Shown in pieces: positions 50,666 through 63,500 of a DNA stretch of 64,000 nt. The position numbers were made by a program, and so were the translations under genes. Location: contig NC_082722.1 of assembly GCF_030144855.1 (NCBI RefSeq), positions 26,908,001 through 26,972,000 on the forward strand, given 5' to 3'. Position 1 is the first letter of the stretch. Each line of letters begins with the position of its first letter. A model generated the notes under the pieces. It was not told where the DNA came from. It saw only the letters and a list, made by a program, of their open reading frames with translations, and made no database searches. The DNA is from Hypanus sabinus (taxonomy: Eukaryota).

Positions 50666-52321
50666 CTTGAAACTGTGACACTTAATACTCACATTATTAA
50701 TGTTGAGGATATTGGAGCAAATGACAAGTCCCAATGCTAAGTGTCGCTTAACTCTAGCCGGAAACCGGAAGGCGGCATCCTGGGCCTCTGTTGATTTGAT
50801 TGGTTTTGCTGGTAAATCATTTAAACGACGATCGATATAGGTAGATCCAATAGACGTAGTTGTTACAGTAAATGATAAAAATTGCATTTTTTGCTGAAAT
50901 AATGGCATAGCATTCCAGAGTAATAAAGTAAGATTAAATATTTATGATGAAGGCCTCATCTTCAACTTATGTAGCGCTACATTTCCGGAAGTGCTCAAAC
51001 ACTGGTAGAAGTTTTAGCGGAATTTTACCATTATGGAATTAGTGATGTATGTATGACTACCTTTTCTTAATTGCTGCAGTTGCTCCATTTGAACCTAAAG
51101 TGGTTTGGTAAAGTTAGAACTAAATGCGTTAAATTGGGGAATGTGATTAATGAAACACAAGCAGGCAAATGTTACTATGTGAATGAATCCAGATAGCAAT
51201 TAAAATAACTAATGACATTGAAGTGCTGGTAACATGAAGCAAAATAGAGAAATAGAACACACAAAATGTTAATAGATCAGCAACCACCAGTTGAAGGGAA
51301 ATAGTTAACTTTCACGTTGCAATCTCCGGAAGGGTCTTCAATCTGAAATGTCAACTGGTTCTCTTTCCAAAATCAGTCAGTAGCTACAAATTATTTTCTG
51401 TATTGAATCGAAATGGCCGACGACAATACCGTTGTCCGATTTAGGCTTTGCTTTCCATATTGGGATAATACTCATTCAGCGTAGCATCGTGGTCTAGAAG
51501 GTGCCATGTGGAGTTTCGTTTAACACATGGCTATCATTGTTTACCACATACTACAAGGTTTTGATGCAAGTATATTCCATTCCATACCAGGTTTTGCACT
51601 GCAGTGTGGATCTTTGTTGCGGATCGGGGATGAAACTGCATTTAATATTGCAAAGACCATTTCAACAAAACAAGATTTCGTTATATGTTTACCTTGCTTA
51701 ATATCCGTTAAATCAAATGTAACACACATTTCGAATTGATTCGTGCACGTACTGTACTTTCCCATTGTCCAGTCAACTGCGGTTCTCGTAAACAAGCATT
51801 TAGTAGTTTCTCACAGTCTTAGCTGCGTATTGAATTACTCGTCAAAACAACTGACCTTCCATGGTAAATATCACCGTTCCCCTTCCAATCCAACCAGCTA
51901 TAAACCAGTGTGGAATCTTGAAAGGATACAGGAAGCAGATGCAACGGAAACATTCAAATAAATCTTGGATATTTACTTGAAAATAAATATTTAACGAGGA
52001 AATTAGTTTAATTTTTCCTTCTACGCTCCAAAGTGTTATGGAATAAAAAAGATTTATGATATCTTTGCTATGCGAATATCCCGCTTTGAAATAAGACGAG
52101 TCGCTTCACCTACCGTGTCTACATTCTGGCATCTGTCCAAACAATTTGTGTTACCCCCTTCAGAAAAGAAATAAAAAAGAAATGATTTGCATTGTAAACA
52201 TTGTACATTGTTCATTTGATACCAATCGAATTAATCGTGCAAGTGGACCTGCTGAAATTACGGATATTTCAGAAAGTATTGTTTGGTAACAGTCGTGCTA
52301 ATAACAGTGTTCTGCATTAAC

Positions 52322-52359
52322 CTGGTGCTATGCTCATAAGGCTTTGGCTTTCAACGGGG
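52322..52359 (-). pseudogene. G3 candidate post-TM exon (A)PLKAKAL*
   Basis: Acceptor ttatcactttacAG, donor CAG|GTTAAT. The paralog at ~35.23-35.27 kb has a stop at the equivalent position. Confidence 0.35.
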
Positions 52360-52800
52360 CTGTAAAGTGATAACAGCATAACAGCGGCGGTACCGTATCT
52401 AATTTTGGCAACCAAAATGGAAAGTAAAACCAATGAGACGTACAGATGTTGGTCAATGTTATTTACACAACCAAAGGGAGTTTAGATCTACGCCAAGTCG
52501 TTTACCTTTCAAAATACGGATCTGCCATTGTATTAAAAAAATACATTTGAAGAACACCAAAGGGACGTAATAGCATTCGGAAATGAGATATGAAATACTT
52601 CCAGTGGACTGGTGAAATAGTTGAACTTTAAGATCAAGCATATATTTTGCCAGAATATTATCACTGAAATACGACTACGAAAATCGCGATTCATATCCAA
52701 TCATTCTGTAAATGTCATTTACAGTTTTGAAGGTAAAAGTCATTAACGCTTCTGTTTTGTATGAATAGAGGTGATGTTTCTCAGCGATCAGTGTTCTTAC

Positions 52801-52899
52801 CGTGCGATCTCTTTAACTTGATTTTTAGCGATACGATTATGAGAACTAAAATTGCTGTTCCGCCCACTGCACATTCGCGAATCAATCTGGTATCAGCGC
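52801..52899 (-). pseudogene. G3 TM exon, frame intact: GADTRLIRECAVGGTAILVLIIVSLKIKLKRSH
   Basis: Acceptor tttctttttcAAG, donor G|GTAAGA, 99 nt, phase 1-1, in frame with the C1 exon. Confidence 0.88.
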
Positions 52900-54141
52900 C
52901 TTGAAAAAGAAACCGTGAAGCATTTATACATCTAAAAACAAACCCACACATGTGAAGCAACAATGCAATTTATTATATAGGGTCCTTTCAAATCTCACCA
53001 CACACTGATAGGAAAATAGCAGAATGTACAGTACAGAGCAATGAAATCTGTTTTTTTTTAGTTTCTCCAGGCACATGCGAGCCATTTACTAAGACTGAGA
53101 ATAGCCTCGGCTGCATTTTACTATACTTCTCTTGACAATAGATATCGGCACAACAATTGAACGTGTAATCATCTAACCTAATACAATTCTGATCTCGATT
53201 CAATCTTCAATTTCTCGTCTGTCAAGGACATGCTTTAGTCCGATCAAAATCCTATAGATAACTTGTAGACACGCCAAAGGAGTCCCGGTGCCTCAACATT
53301 TCGCTTCTGCATTGCATGCTGGAATTATTCGCTAAATTCATGACTTTATAGCACTGTACCCTCTAAGCCTCCTGAATGTGTATCGAGCATATCCCACTGT
53401 TATGTTTTCCAGTGCTTTTGGATTGACAACCCCGAATTAATGGAAAACTGCATAATGAAAACATAGATTAACACGAGTCGTCCATTTGAACTGTGCTGCA
53501 CACTATTATTGGAAGTTAATTAAGCAGAGACTGAACTTTGTCAAAGTCTGTTCACAGTTTCGCACCCTATGCATTCGATCCAGTTGGCAATTAACAGTCA
53601 AGCCTCAGTTTTCCGGAATTCCTACCTTGATTCTGATTTTGCCTCATGTCCACATTTTCCCGGTAAAACCATGTTAATTAAAAACACCTTCACTCACCAG
53701 CAGATGGTTCCCCCTTTGTCTTATCACCATGCGACTTAGAGTTTAAGTCTTGCTTTGTTTCATCTTTGTCAAATTTCCGGAAGTTTGCTACCTTACACGT
53801 ACTATTCGCGATCAATTTCTTAATTCATCTTACACGATTTAAACTGAAAATCTAAGACACTTGTTTTGAAATGTTCACTGCAATCAGGTAATCTGAAAAT
53901 TTCGCCCTCCTTCCATATTTGGGTAGCTGTTCTGTGATTGTTCTTAACCAGATTTGATTGACACACCTACATCATTTGGAAACGTTTCCATCTTGCCCGG
54001 AGCGCTAGAAATTCAGAACATTTTGAATATTCAGAGTAACACACAAAATGCTGAAGGTACGCAGCAGATCAGGAGAGCAATAAAATAACGACATTTCGGT
54101 CCGATACCTTACATCAGGACGCAATCAAGACACCATCTTAC

Positions 54142-54435
54142 CTTGCTCCAGGATGTAGCTGAAACTGACAGGCACCGTGAGGGAGACATGCGACACCAGG
54201 CAGATGTAAACATCTTTTCCCGAAGCAGACTGATTAATTTCCAATGTACTGTAAGCCTTGTGTAAACCATCCGCGGTCTGGTTTATCACCGTTTCTATTC
54301 CAGTGCGAATTTGACGGTTATTTTTTTGCCAGACGATTTCTAATTCTTTCGGGTAGAAGGCAGCTGTTTTACAGAGAAGCTGCCGAGGAGACGATAACTC
54401 TCCAATAGGAACGATTTCCAATGGAGTTGGGGGAA
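54142..54435 (-). pseudogene. G3 Ig C1-set exon, frame intact: VPPTPLEIVPIGELSSPRQLLCKTAAFYPKELEIVWQKNN...DGLHKAYSTLE...YICLVSHVSLTVPVSFSYILEQ
   Basis: C1 hallmarks LxC..FYP...W, DG...STL and YxCxVxHxSL. 294 nt, phase 1-1, canonical splice sites. Confidence 0.93.
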
Positions 54436-56389
54436 CTTGAATAAAAAGATAGTTACATTGGGTGTTTACCATTCATTTAGTTAAAGTAAATTCCTTTATC
54501 TTCCCGCCAATTACAATGACATCTCACTATCAAATTCGTAATTCGTTACCTGCCATAGGTTACCAGCATTTTATAATTTATTTTAAATTCAAGTTCATAG
54601 TTATTAAACCAGACAGATGTACATGCCTAAATGAAACATCCTTCTTCTGGGGTCAACTGCAAATGTATTCCCAGACAGCAAGTGCAGTCACCATCCAGCA
54701 CATACAGTGCAAAATAAGCAAAGTAATATCGAGTCACAATACAGAAACAGCTGACATGAATTATTCGAGTAAGGCACCGAGAAGGTGAATCTAAGGGGTT
54801 CATTGTGAGGAAGACATTCTGTTTTGAATGGTCTTTCAGCTTTATCACACGATTATGTTTGCGGCAGCCCGTTGGCTTTGGAAAATGTTCGTTTCTGTAT
54901 TTTTAAACTGTATTTTTAAACTGAACATCTAAACTGAACTATAAAACCCAAAATATGACTGACTTCCACAGTCCGAATGCAATAAGCTCTTGCACATGTT
55001 TTTAATATTCTGGTAACACATTTGTTCAGGTAGTTTTTCAGAGCTTGCGTTGGAGCTTTCCAGTCATCAACATTCACTGACAGAGCTTTCCACAGAATGT
55101 AAATCATTGCTTGTATTTTTTTTCAGTAGTTAATGTGTTGAATGTGGCAAATCGTACCCTCCATGAAACATTTAGGAACGCAAAAGCGAGGCTGATATTA
55201 ACAGCATTTATTCTACGTTTTTATTCTTTCATAAACCTGTCTGTCTGTAGCATAATGCTCGATAGTGACCTGGCACTGCTATACGAACGATGATACCCTG
55301 CAGAGTGGCAATCCAGGAGCTGAACGAACCCCGCTTCTACCTGCAGAGATTTCATTCAAAGGTGAGCCCAAATTTCACGATTTTGGAAACGTGGACTACC
55401 TCCGCTGCAACTGTGGTCCGTATCTAACTTAGCAAAGTCTATTGTTAGATTGCTTTATCAATGTTTCACAACATTTAGCATTTCGCTCTGCCTACAATGG
55501 CCATTCTGAGCTCACGGTTGCCCGCACAGCACTACCATGGACCATATACGGATTACAGATGTTTACTTGCTTGTTGCTGTTAGGCAAATTGATTTATATA
55601 AGTCCCCAGGGCCCGAGATGGAGTCCCATGCCCCCTTTCTGGGAGGCTTGAGCAGAATTTTAAGGTTAGTTGATAGAGCCATTCAAAATGTCCTGACCCA
55701 CGGATGAGGTGCCAGAGGACTGGATGTGACTAATATTTTGCAGTTGTTCAAGAAAGGCTCTAAGAATAAGCCGGAATCTTTTAGACTGGTAAGCCTAACG
55801 CTTGTAAACAGTAACTTACTGGAAACGAACATGACAAAATAGATGGGGAACGCACACCTGTTTTGAATGAACATAGCAGATCTTGCACCTGCTTGGAGTA
55901 ACATTATTTCTTCCTCAAACTCGCCATTTTTGTCCCTACCTCTGACCTTGAAGGTCAGTTTTGAAATAACGCAAAATGAGACAGCGAATCGGCATATCTA
56001 TGCTCGTTTCAATGGGATTGGCGTTGTGGAGCAACAGACAGATTAAACTGTGTTTCTCTCAGTGGAGGATTTACGCAGTCGTCCCGTAATTGACATTAAT
56101 TAAGTGGCTTTGTTTGCCTTTGCCGATGTTTATTAATTACTTATAAATATTTGTAGCGATGCGCTTCAGTAACTGTTGGATCGAAATCGGCGAAATACGT
56201 CGAGATGTGGTAGAATAAAAGCAAGCTGAGGAACGGGCGGATATCATTTAACCTCGACAACCTTGAGCTTTAAATTAGCTGGCGTGATTTGCCCTTCAAC
56301 CGAATTTATGTACAGCTCCCTACCTCTCAAACCCTTCGTCTAAAAATGAGGTGTTTCTGTTCATCCGCTGTTTAAAGCTTTTGATTGTA

Positions 56390-57830
56390 TAAAGTTGTTG
56401 GACTCCAAATATCACGCCACTTTTTCTTGAAAAAAATAGGATGCAGGAAAACGACGGGCATATACAGGTCAATTAGCTCGACATCTGTAGTCGGAAAAAT
56501 GCTTGATGCTGTCACTCAGGGATAAATAGTGAAACCTTTAAAAAGGAATGGTTCCATTAGATCAACGCAGCATGGATTCAGAAATGGCAGGTCCTACTTG
56601 GCAAGCTTACTGGAGTTATTTGAGGAAATAATGATTGCAGTGGATGGAGGGGAACAGGTGGCTGCTGTATGCTTGGATTTCCAGAAGGCGTTCGATAAGT
56701 GCCGCATTACAGAATTATAAATTAGATATGGATGCATGAAGTCGGAAGAAGTGCATTCGCATGGGTAGTGGAAAGGCTATCCAATGGAAGCAGAGTGTTG
56801 GTATAAATGGGTGTTTCTCTCTGTGGCTGTCAGTGGTGAGTGGCGTGCCACAGGGGTCGGTGCTGGGCCCGCAGTTGTTTACGATTTGTATTGATGATTA
56901 GGAAGAGGGGACAAAGTGTAGCGTAGCATATTCTGCTGTTGACATAAGCTGAATGGACAGTCTGCAGAGGGATAAGGATAGATTAATTGAATGGGACATG
57001 GTCTGGCAGATGGAATATAAAGTTGGTAAATGGCAGATCATGCACATTGTAAGGAATAATAGAAGAACAGATTATCATTTAAATTGTGAAAGATTGCAGC
57101 ATGATGTCGTGCAGAGGAACTTCGGAGTGCTTGTGCATGCTTAGCAAAAATTTGTTTGCAGGTGCAACAGGTTATTAAGAAGGCAAATGGAATCTTGACT
57201 TTCATTGCTGGAGGGATTGAATTCAAGAGCTAGGAGGTCATGCTGCAACTGTACAGGTTTCTGGTGAATGCACCTGGAGTACTGTGCACTTCTGGTTACC
57301 ATACTTGAGGAAGGATATATTTATTTGCTTTGGATGCAGTGCAGAGGAGGTTCACCAGGTTGATTCCAGAAATGAAGAGGAGCCATTGAGTCGCCTGGTA
57401 CTATATTCTCTGGAATTCAGAAGAATGAGAGGGTATCTTATAAAACCAGGCAAAACTTTGAAAGGGATAGATAAGATAGAAGTAGGAAAGTTGTTTCCAT
57501 TGGTAGGTGAAACTAGAACTAGGGGACATTGCCTCAAGATTCAGAGGAGAAGATTTAGCACGAAGATGAGGAGAAACTGTTTTTCACAGAGAGTGGTGAA
57601 TCTGTGCAATTCTCTGCCCAGGGATGTTGTTGAGGCTTCTTCACTAAATATATTTAAGATACAGTTAGATAGATTTTTATATAGCAGGGGAATTAACGTT
57701 TTAGGGAAAAGGCAGAGAGAAGGAGCTGAGTTTATAGACAGATCTACCACGATGATACTGAATAGCGGGTCAGGGTCAATGGGCCGGATGGCCTACTCCT
57801 GCTCATATTTCTTATGTTCTTATGGGCTGG
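56390..57830 (+). mobile_element. CR1 RT/3' region in the G3 V-C1 intron
   Basis: ORF ..EFRRMRGYLIK..KMRRNCFSQRVVNLCNSLP. Same insertion as 12490-13935. Confidence 0.9.
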
Positions 57831-58139
57831 CTGAGGGATACCTGAAGGTGGGAAGAGGATGAGGTGTTGTGTGGGAATATAGGCATAAAAATATATGGTT
57901 GGAAATATCAACGGACCAAATAATACGTTGTGCCATAGTCAATCTGCGGAATCATATCGAAATAATAAACAGAATAATCTGAAAAAATATCCGAAATGAT
58001 AATTTCCTGTTTAAAGAAAAAGCTGGAATGCAGATTCACGGCACAGATTTTTAACCAGTAACAACATTTCCGTAATGTTAGCTTTTCTTCAAATGCAAAG
58101 AGATGAAATTTCTCCACTTACAGGAGTAAAGACACTTAC

Positions 58140-58452
58140 TCAACACAATAAGCTGAGAGCCACTTCCATTTCCCAATGTTTGTTGTTCAGTTTTCACTTG
58201 ACAGTAATAAACGCCGTCGTCTGCGTGTGTCACATTCAGGAGGGTAAATGTGCCCCTGCCTTTCTTTACATTGAACTGATTTCTGCTATCTGGTTCGATA
58301 AATGCTTTCTGACCCTCCTGTCCTTTCTGACCACGAAACTTCAGCAGTATCTAGTAGTATTGGAAATTTGCAGAGCATGGATTCATTTCCACCGATTGAG
58401 ACTTTTAAGGTTGGAGGAAATTGTGCCACTTTAGGCGAAGATCCTTTTGTGG
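58140..58452 (-). pseudogene. G3 germline-joined VJ exon, frameshifted: TKGSSPKVAQFPPTLKVSIGGNESMLCKFPILLDTAEVSW/QKGQEGQKAFIEPDSRNQFNVKKGRGTFTLLNVTHADDGVYYCQVKTEQQTLGNGSGSQLIVL
   Basis: V-set Cys, Trp, LxNVxxxDxGxYYC and J-like GxGSxLxV all lie in one exon, with donor A|GTAAGT. Length 313 nt (3n+1), with the shift just after the Trp codon. Confidence 0.93.
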
Positions 58453-58637
58453 CTGACAAAGCACAAGTGAAAATAATGAAGACAGTTGTAATCACTGGAC
58501 AAAGAATCAGCAGACAAAATAGGCAGAACACTGGTATGGAATTGAATGTTTACTATGGCTAAATTTGCTGCTGGTAAATGATGTATAATATTATAAAATA
58601 CCTGTTTCGTAGTTTGAGCACAAAAATGTAAGCATAC

Positions 58638-58692
58638 CTGTCCAAAACGCGGCGAGCAGAGCCACGAACAAAACAGTTGCATCCACCGATAT
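58638..58692 (-). pseudogene. G3 leader exon with start codon ATG>ATA: (I)SVDATVLFVALLAAFWT(A)
   Basis: 55 nt, donor G|GTATGC. Aligns base-for-base with the G1 leader, which has ATG. Confidence 0.82.
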
Positions 58693-58754
58693 TGCAAATG
58701 AGAGTGGTCAGTCTAAAAGATAGAAATTCACAGGATGTAATAATCAAGTGCACA

Positions 58755-58761
58755 TTATATA
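58755..58761 (-). promoter_or_regulatory. TATA-like box of G3
   Basis: TATATAA 63 nt upstream of the ancestral start, conserved with G1. Confidence 0.5.
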
Positions 58762-58895
58762 TGAAGTCACATAGTCAAGGCTACGTCGATGCCTTGGGTA
58801 GAAGAAATGCTGTAGATACAGGAAACCTCATGGAATACACACAACGAGCGAGCGGAGCTCAGCATCATTGATGGAAAACAAACAGTCGATGTTTC

Positions 58896-59816
58896 AATAG
58901 ACAATAGACAATAGATAATAGGTGCAGAAGTAGACCATTCGGCCCCTCGAGTCTGCACCGCCATTCTGAGATCATGGCTGAACATTCACTATCAATACCC
59001 AGTCCCTGCCTTGTCCCCATATCCCTTGATTCCCCTATCCATCAGATATCTATCCAGCTCCTTCTTGAAAGCATCCAGAGAATTGGCCTCCACCGTCTTC
59101 CGAGGCAGTGCATTCCACACCTCCACAACTCTCTGGGAGAAGAAGCTCTTCCTCAACTCTGTTTTAAATAAGTGACCTCTTATTCTCAATCCATGCCCTC
59201 TGGTACTGGACTCTTCCAACATCTGGAACATATTTCCTGCCTCAATCCTAGCAAATCCTTTAATTATCTTAAACGTTTCAATCAGATCCCCTCTCAATCT
59301 CCTCAATTCCAGCGTGTACAAGCCCAATCTCTCCAATCTCTCTGCGTAAGACAGCCCTGCCATCCCAGGAATCAACCTAGTGAATCTACGCTGCACTTCC
59401 TCAATTGCCAGAATGTCCTTCCTTAAACCTGGAGACCAAAACTGTACACAATATTCCAGGTGTGGTCTCACCAGGGCTCTGTACAAATGCAAAAGAACAT
59501 CTTTGCTCTTGTATTCACTTCCCCTTGTAACAAAGCCCAACATTCCATTTGCCCTCTTCACTGCCTGTTGCACTTGCTCATTCACCTTCATTGGCTGGTG
59601 AACTAGGACTCCTAGGTCTCTTTGCATTTCTCCCTTACCTAACTCGACACCGTTCAGACAATACACTGCCCTCTTGTTCCAGCTTCCAAAGTGGATAACT
59701 TCACATTTATTCACATTGAATGACATCTGCCAAGTATCTGCCCACTCACTCAGCCTATCCAAGTCTCCCTGTATTCTCCTAACATCCTCTTCGCATGTCA
59801 CACTGCCACCTAGTTT
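58896..59816 (-). mobile_element. Young 5'-truncated CR1 insertion with an uninterrupted 269-aa RT C-terminus
   Basis: Open ORF 58992-59801 (IQGDLDRLSEWADTWQMSFNVNKC..LVRPHLEYCVQFW..FFSQRVVEVWNALP) and a (TCTATTG)n tail. Absent at the equivalent G1 site (~14.9 kb). Confidence 0.95.
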
Positions 59817-60189
59817 AGTTCTTCTTCAAGACTGGAAAGGAAGTGGGAAGCATTCACAATAAGGAGATAGGGGAGGGAAGGGCGTCTAAGCTGGCAGGTG
59901 ATAAGTGGGTAGATGGGGACTTAAAGAGATGGCACTTGATTGGTGGATTTATATGCCAATTCGATAGCATCCAACCTGCTGATATGAACATAGAATTCTC
60001 TAAATTTCAGTAATTTCTCCTCTACACCTTTCTTCGTTTTCTATTCCCCATTCCGAGTCCCATTGATTCGCTTCGCTTCTCCTTACCTTGCTTATCTGCT
60101 GCTCTTCGTTCAATTTCTCCAATCGCCCAATGTCATCTCTAATCAGATTCCTTCTCATTTAGTCCTTTACCACATGAAGTTCATAACTC

Positions 60190-60480
60190 ATCAGGGGTGA
60201 TTGATAAGTTCGTGGCCTAAGGTAGGAGATGAGTTATTAACCAACCTTTCTGCATGATGACTCACACAGTTGACCTGCATGTGCATGTAACGAGAGCTGT
60301 AGAATTCATCTCCTTCTACCTTAGGCTACCAACTTATCAATCACCCATCCGTGGACACTTTCAGGAGGTCCAAGATCCGTATGCTCCACGACCGCTGGAC
60401 TAAGCGTATACATTTAGGAGGGGACAATGTTCAAAAATAAATATGCTAGTTTTTCTAGAATTGACTCCTTCTACCTTATC
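60190..60480. mobile_element. Tc1/mariner MITE, paralog of 15285-15608 with the right end eroded
   Basis: caggggtgattgataagttcgtggcctaaggtagg ... ctaccttaggctaccaacttatcaatcaccc. Confidence 0.7.
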
Positions 60481-60519
60481 TGATCGGACATGGTCTGCAT
60501 CGCTCTTGTTTGCCTCTTC

Positions 60520-63500
60520 ATGGGCATATTTGAATGTATTTTAACCGTTGTGTTCAAATCAACACTCTCTTGTAGCACTGTCAATACGCCTACTACTCTC
60601 TGCGTAATGTACCTACTTCGCAACCTCATTTGAATTTTCCTCTCTTATTTCAAGGCGATGCCCTCTGTGAAGTGGTGCTAAAATGAATGAGTAGTATCGG
60701 TAAAGAGAATGGCAAGGCAAACAGAATGAGAGAATCCCGGTTCACGAGGACATCGAGGACTGTTTTGGAGAAAGGAGACCTGCATCATCCATAGGGAACG
60801 GATTCAAGCAATTCCCGACAGAAATATAAGATGTATTTCGTAGACCTGACAGGCATCATGAGAGTAGAAAGGTAGCATGATACAACTTCTGAATGGAAAT
60901 CAAAAGGAAATGAGAAAATAGCGACATAGAATTCGCGATGACCGAGCTGTAAGTTATTATTTGGCATCACTGTGATGAAAATCATGGAAACTAAGGGATT
61001 GAAATGAATTAACATCATTGCTTTTAACAGATCGGCATGAGAAAAATGGAGGTGTCGGGGGATCGAGATGTTCGCGGTGTAAGAACTCAGACCGCTTGAT
61101 GAACTTAAGGCAGCTGATCAAATGTATCTGTTGATTTTGTGAGAAGCCAGTGGAAAAATTGTAAGGTCTATTGCAAATATATCAGTATCGTTCTTAACGA
61201 AGATTGTGTTAACGTAGCATTGGACAGTGGCAAATGTGCATTTTCTTAAGAAGATCTGAAAGGACAGAAGTAGAGCTGAAGGAGGCGAGCCCAGCATTGG
61301 TACGCGGAAACATACTGGAGTGGATCAGAGGGAGAGAATCTATCACAATTTGAAAAGGGAAAGGTTGAAAAAGTGAGGGTCATCGTGGATTTGACATTTG
61401 GGATCACACATTGGATGGAGTTGCTTTGCTGAAGTGATGAAGAAAATTGAGGAGAGCCGCAATTGGACTATGCCTTCGTTGACTTTTGCAAGGTCCGGTA
61501 TTGCAGGCTTGCACAGAAAACTCGATGACATGGGAGCCAATGTGAGCCAGCCACCTGAGCACATGAAATCAAAGCTGGTTTAGTAGAGGGACTCAGGCAG
61601 TGATAGTGGAAATTTGATATTAAGAATGACCGCCTGCAACTACTGGTGTACTGAACAGGTAGGCTCCATTTCCAGTATTATTTGTCATCTCCGAAATATT
61701 CAGATTAACTTCGTTAATATTCCTCAGAATGCAACGAAATTGGTGGTATATTAGACAGTAAAAGATATCTACGAAGATAAACTGAGAAAGCAGGACAATA
61801 AATTGCAGGTAGAATATAACTCTGACATTTGTGAAGTATTGTAGTTTGGTTAGTTGAACCTGGGCAAGAATTGCCCAGGGCATTGGAGTAAAACAAAGTG
61901 ACTGAGGGTACATGCAGATTGATCTTTGAACTTGACAATAGAGGTGGGCAGACTGGTGCAAAAAGTGTTTGTCACATTTATTCACAGTTGCAGCAATGAG
62001 TACAGAATCTGCGCCGTCATGTTCAACTGAACAGGTCGTTGGTGAAGCATACTTAGAGTACTCTGTTCTTTTCTGATCAGTCGGCTATAGAAAAGGCTCG
62101 ACGAAGCTTGAATAGCCCAGAAAAGATTCACAAATACATTTGCGGGACAGCATGTATTTAACTGTAGGGAAAGTCTGGGGTAACTCTTCCCTAGAGCACA
62201 GGAGCTTGAGGGGTGACCTTATAAATTTAGGGGTGTAAACAAAGGTATGGTTACAGTCTTTTATCCAGAGTAGCTGAATCGAAACTGAGAATGCATCAAT
62301 TCCAGATGAGAGACAAAACATTTAAATGGATCTAGGGCAAGTTTTCCAAATCAAGGGAGCTTCGTAACTGGAAGAGAGTACGGGATGAACCTGTAGAAGT
62401 GGGTAAGATTGCAATGTGTTAGAAACATTTGAATTGTTACACAGATAGAAAAGGTTTACTATGGTAAGTTACAAACACAAGAAAACGGGTATAGAAGGGA
62501 TAGGTTTCTCGGTCTACATGAGCGAAATGGGCCGAAGTCCTGGTGCAATGCCGTATGAAGCCATGAATTTATCTACATGGTGGTGGGCGTGTGTTCCTTG
62601 GAATGCCGAGGATAGCAGGGTGTTGTGAGAATGCTATACGGTTATTGTGTGATTTACGTAATTGGTGTTTGATAGCAGGGATGGACGTAGGCACGCGAAT
62701 GTGTTCCGTGCATGTATAACTTTTTCCCGTAAGCCAGCAAAGTATTCTCCAATGGTGGCTTCAAGTTAAGGTCAAGTGAAGAAACAAGGACTGGAACCAA
62801 TTGTCCCACTCATATGATGATAATTCTGAGGAAAAAAAATACTCCCTTGACTTTTGGTGCTGAGAGCAATATTCTCCTCCTCGTTAATAGAAGAGAATGA
62901 TGATAATCGCAGTCGAGGGTAAAACAAAGGACAGATGACTTAAGAGTTCAAAATGCACCTTACAAACATTGTCCGGATTGTATGTAAATCATCAAATCCC
63001 GGTTAACTGAAATTTATTCATTACTAAAGCGGTGTTTAATCTGTTTGAATGTACTGATAACTAAGACAAAGATTTCTTTGAAATTAAAGAAAAACTTTAA
63101 CTTTTGTTTTCGTTTCGGAAGATTTGTGAAGTTTTGAAATTCGCCCAAAAAAATCAGATGGCTAGAAAGTTTTCGATATGACAGTCCCGGTTAACTAGAA
63201 GGCTATTGCACTAATTTTCTCACGAGATGTGTTGGACTATTCGAGAAACCCCATGAACTGTGCAATATCTGTCTATTACCATGTCCTTGACTTTATCACA
63301 TAAAAAGTTTCCCCAGCCATCAGGAGCATTCTCATAGTTAAAAAAGTACTTACAGCATCTTGCAAAGATTACAAATTCCACTGTACTTATACTGTAACGT
63401 GATATGTGTTTGGTCGAGTAGGGTGAATCAAAGAGTGGGAAACAAAATCACTCCCTTAATTTGCAACCATTCATCGGGTGATCGATCAGAAATCTTAGAT

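Noticed and set aside
58100-58460. Rearranging Ig/TCR V segment with RSS
   Set aside because: The J-like GxG strand is already in the V exon and ends at a splice donor. No CACAGTG heptamer plus nonamer follows either V. Isolated heptamers elsewhere (e.g. ~3010, ~37442) lacked a recognisable nonamer.
58638-58684. Rescue of G3 by the out-of-frame ATG in the leader (MQLFCSW..)
   Set aside because: Spliced to V it enters the post-frameshift frame but hits TAA at codon 16 of the exon.
63354-63391. Leader exon candidate with GTAAGT donor in the flank block (also ~18525)
   Set aside because: No in-frame ATG, and the phase differs between copies. A convincing leader exists 185 nt from the V exon.
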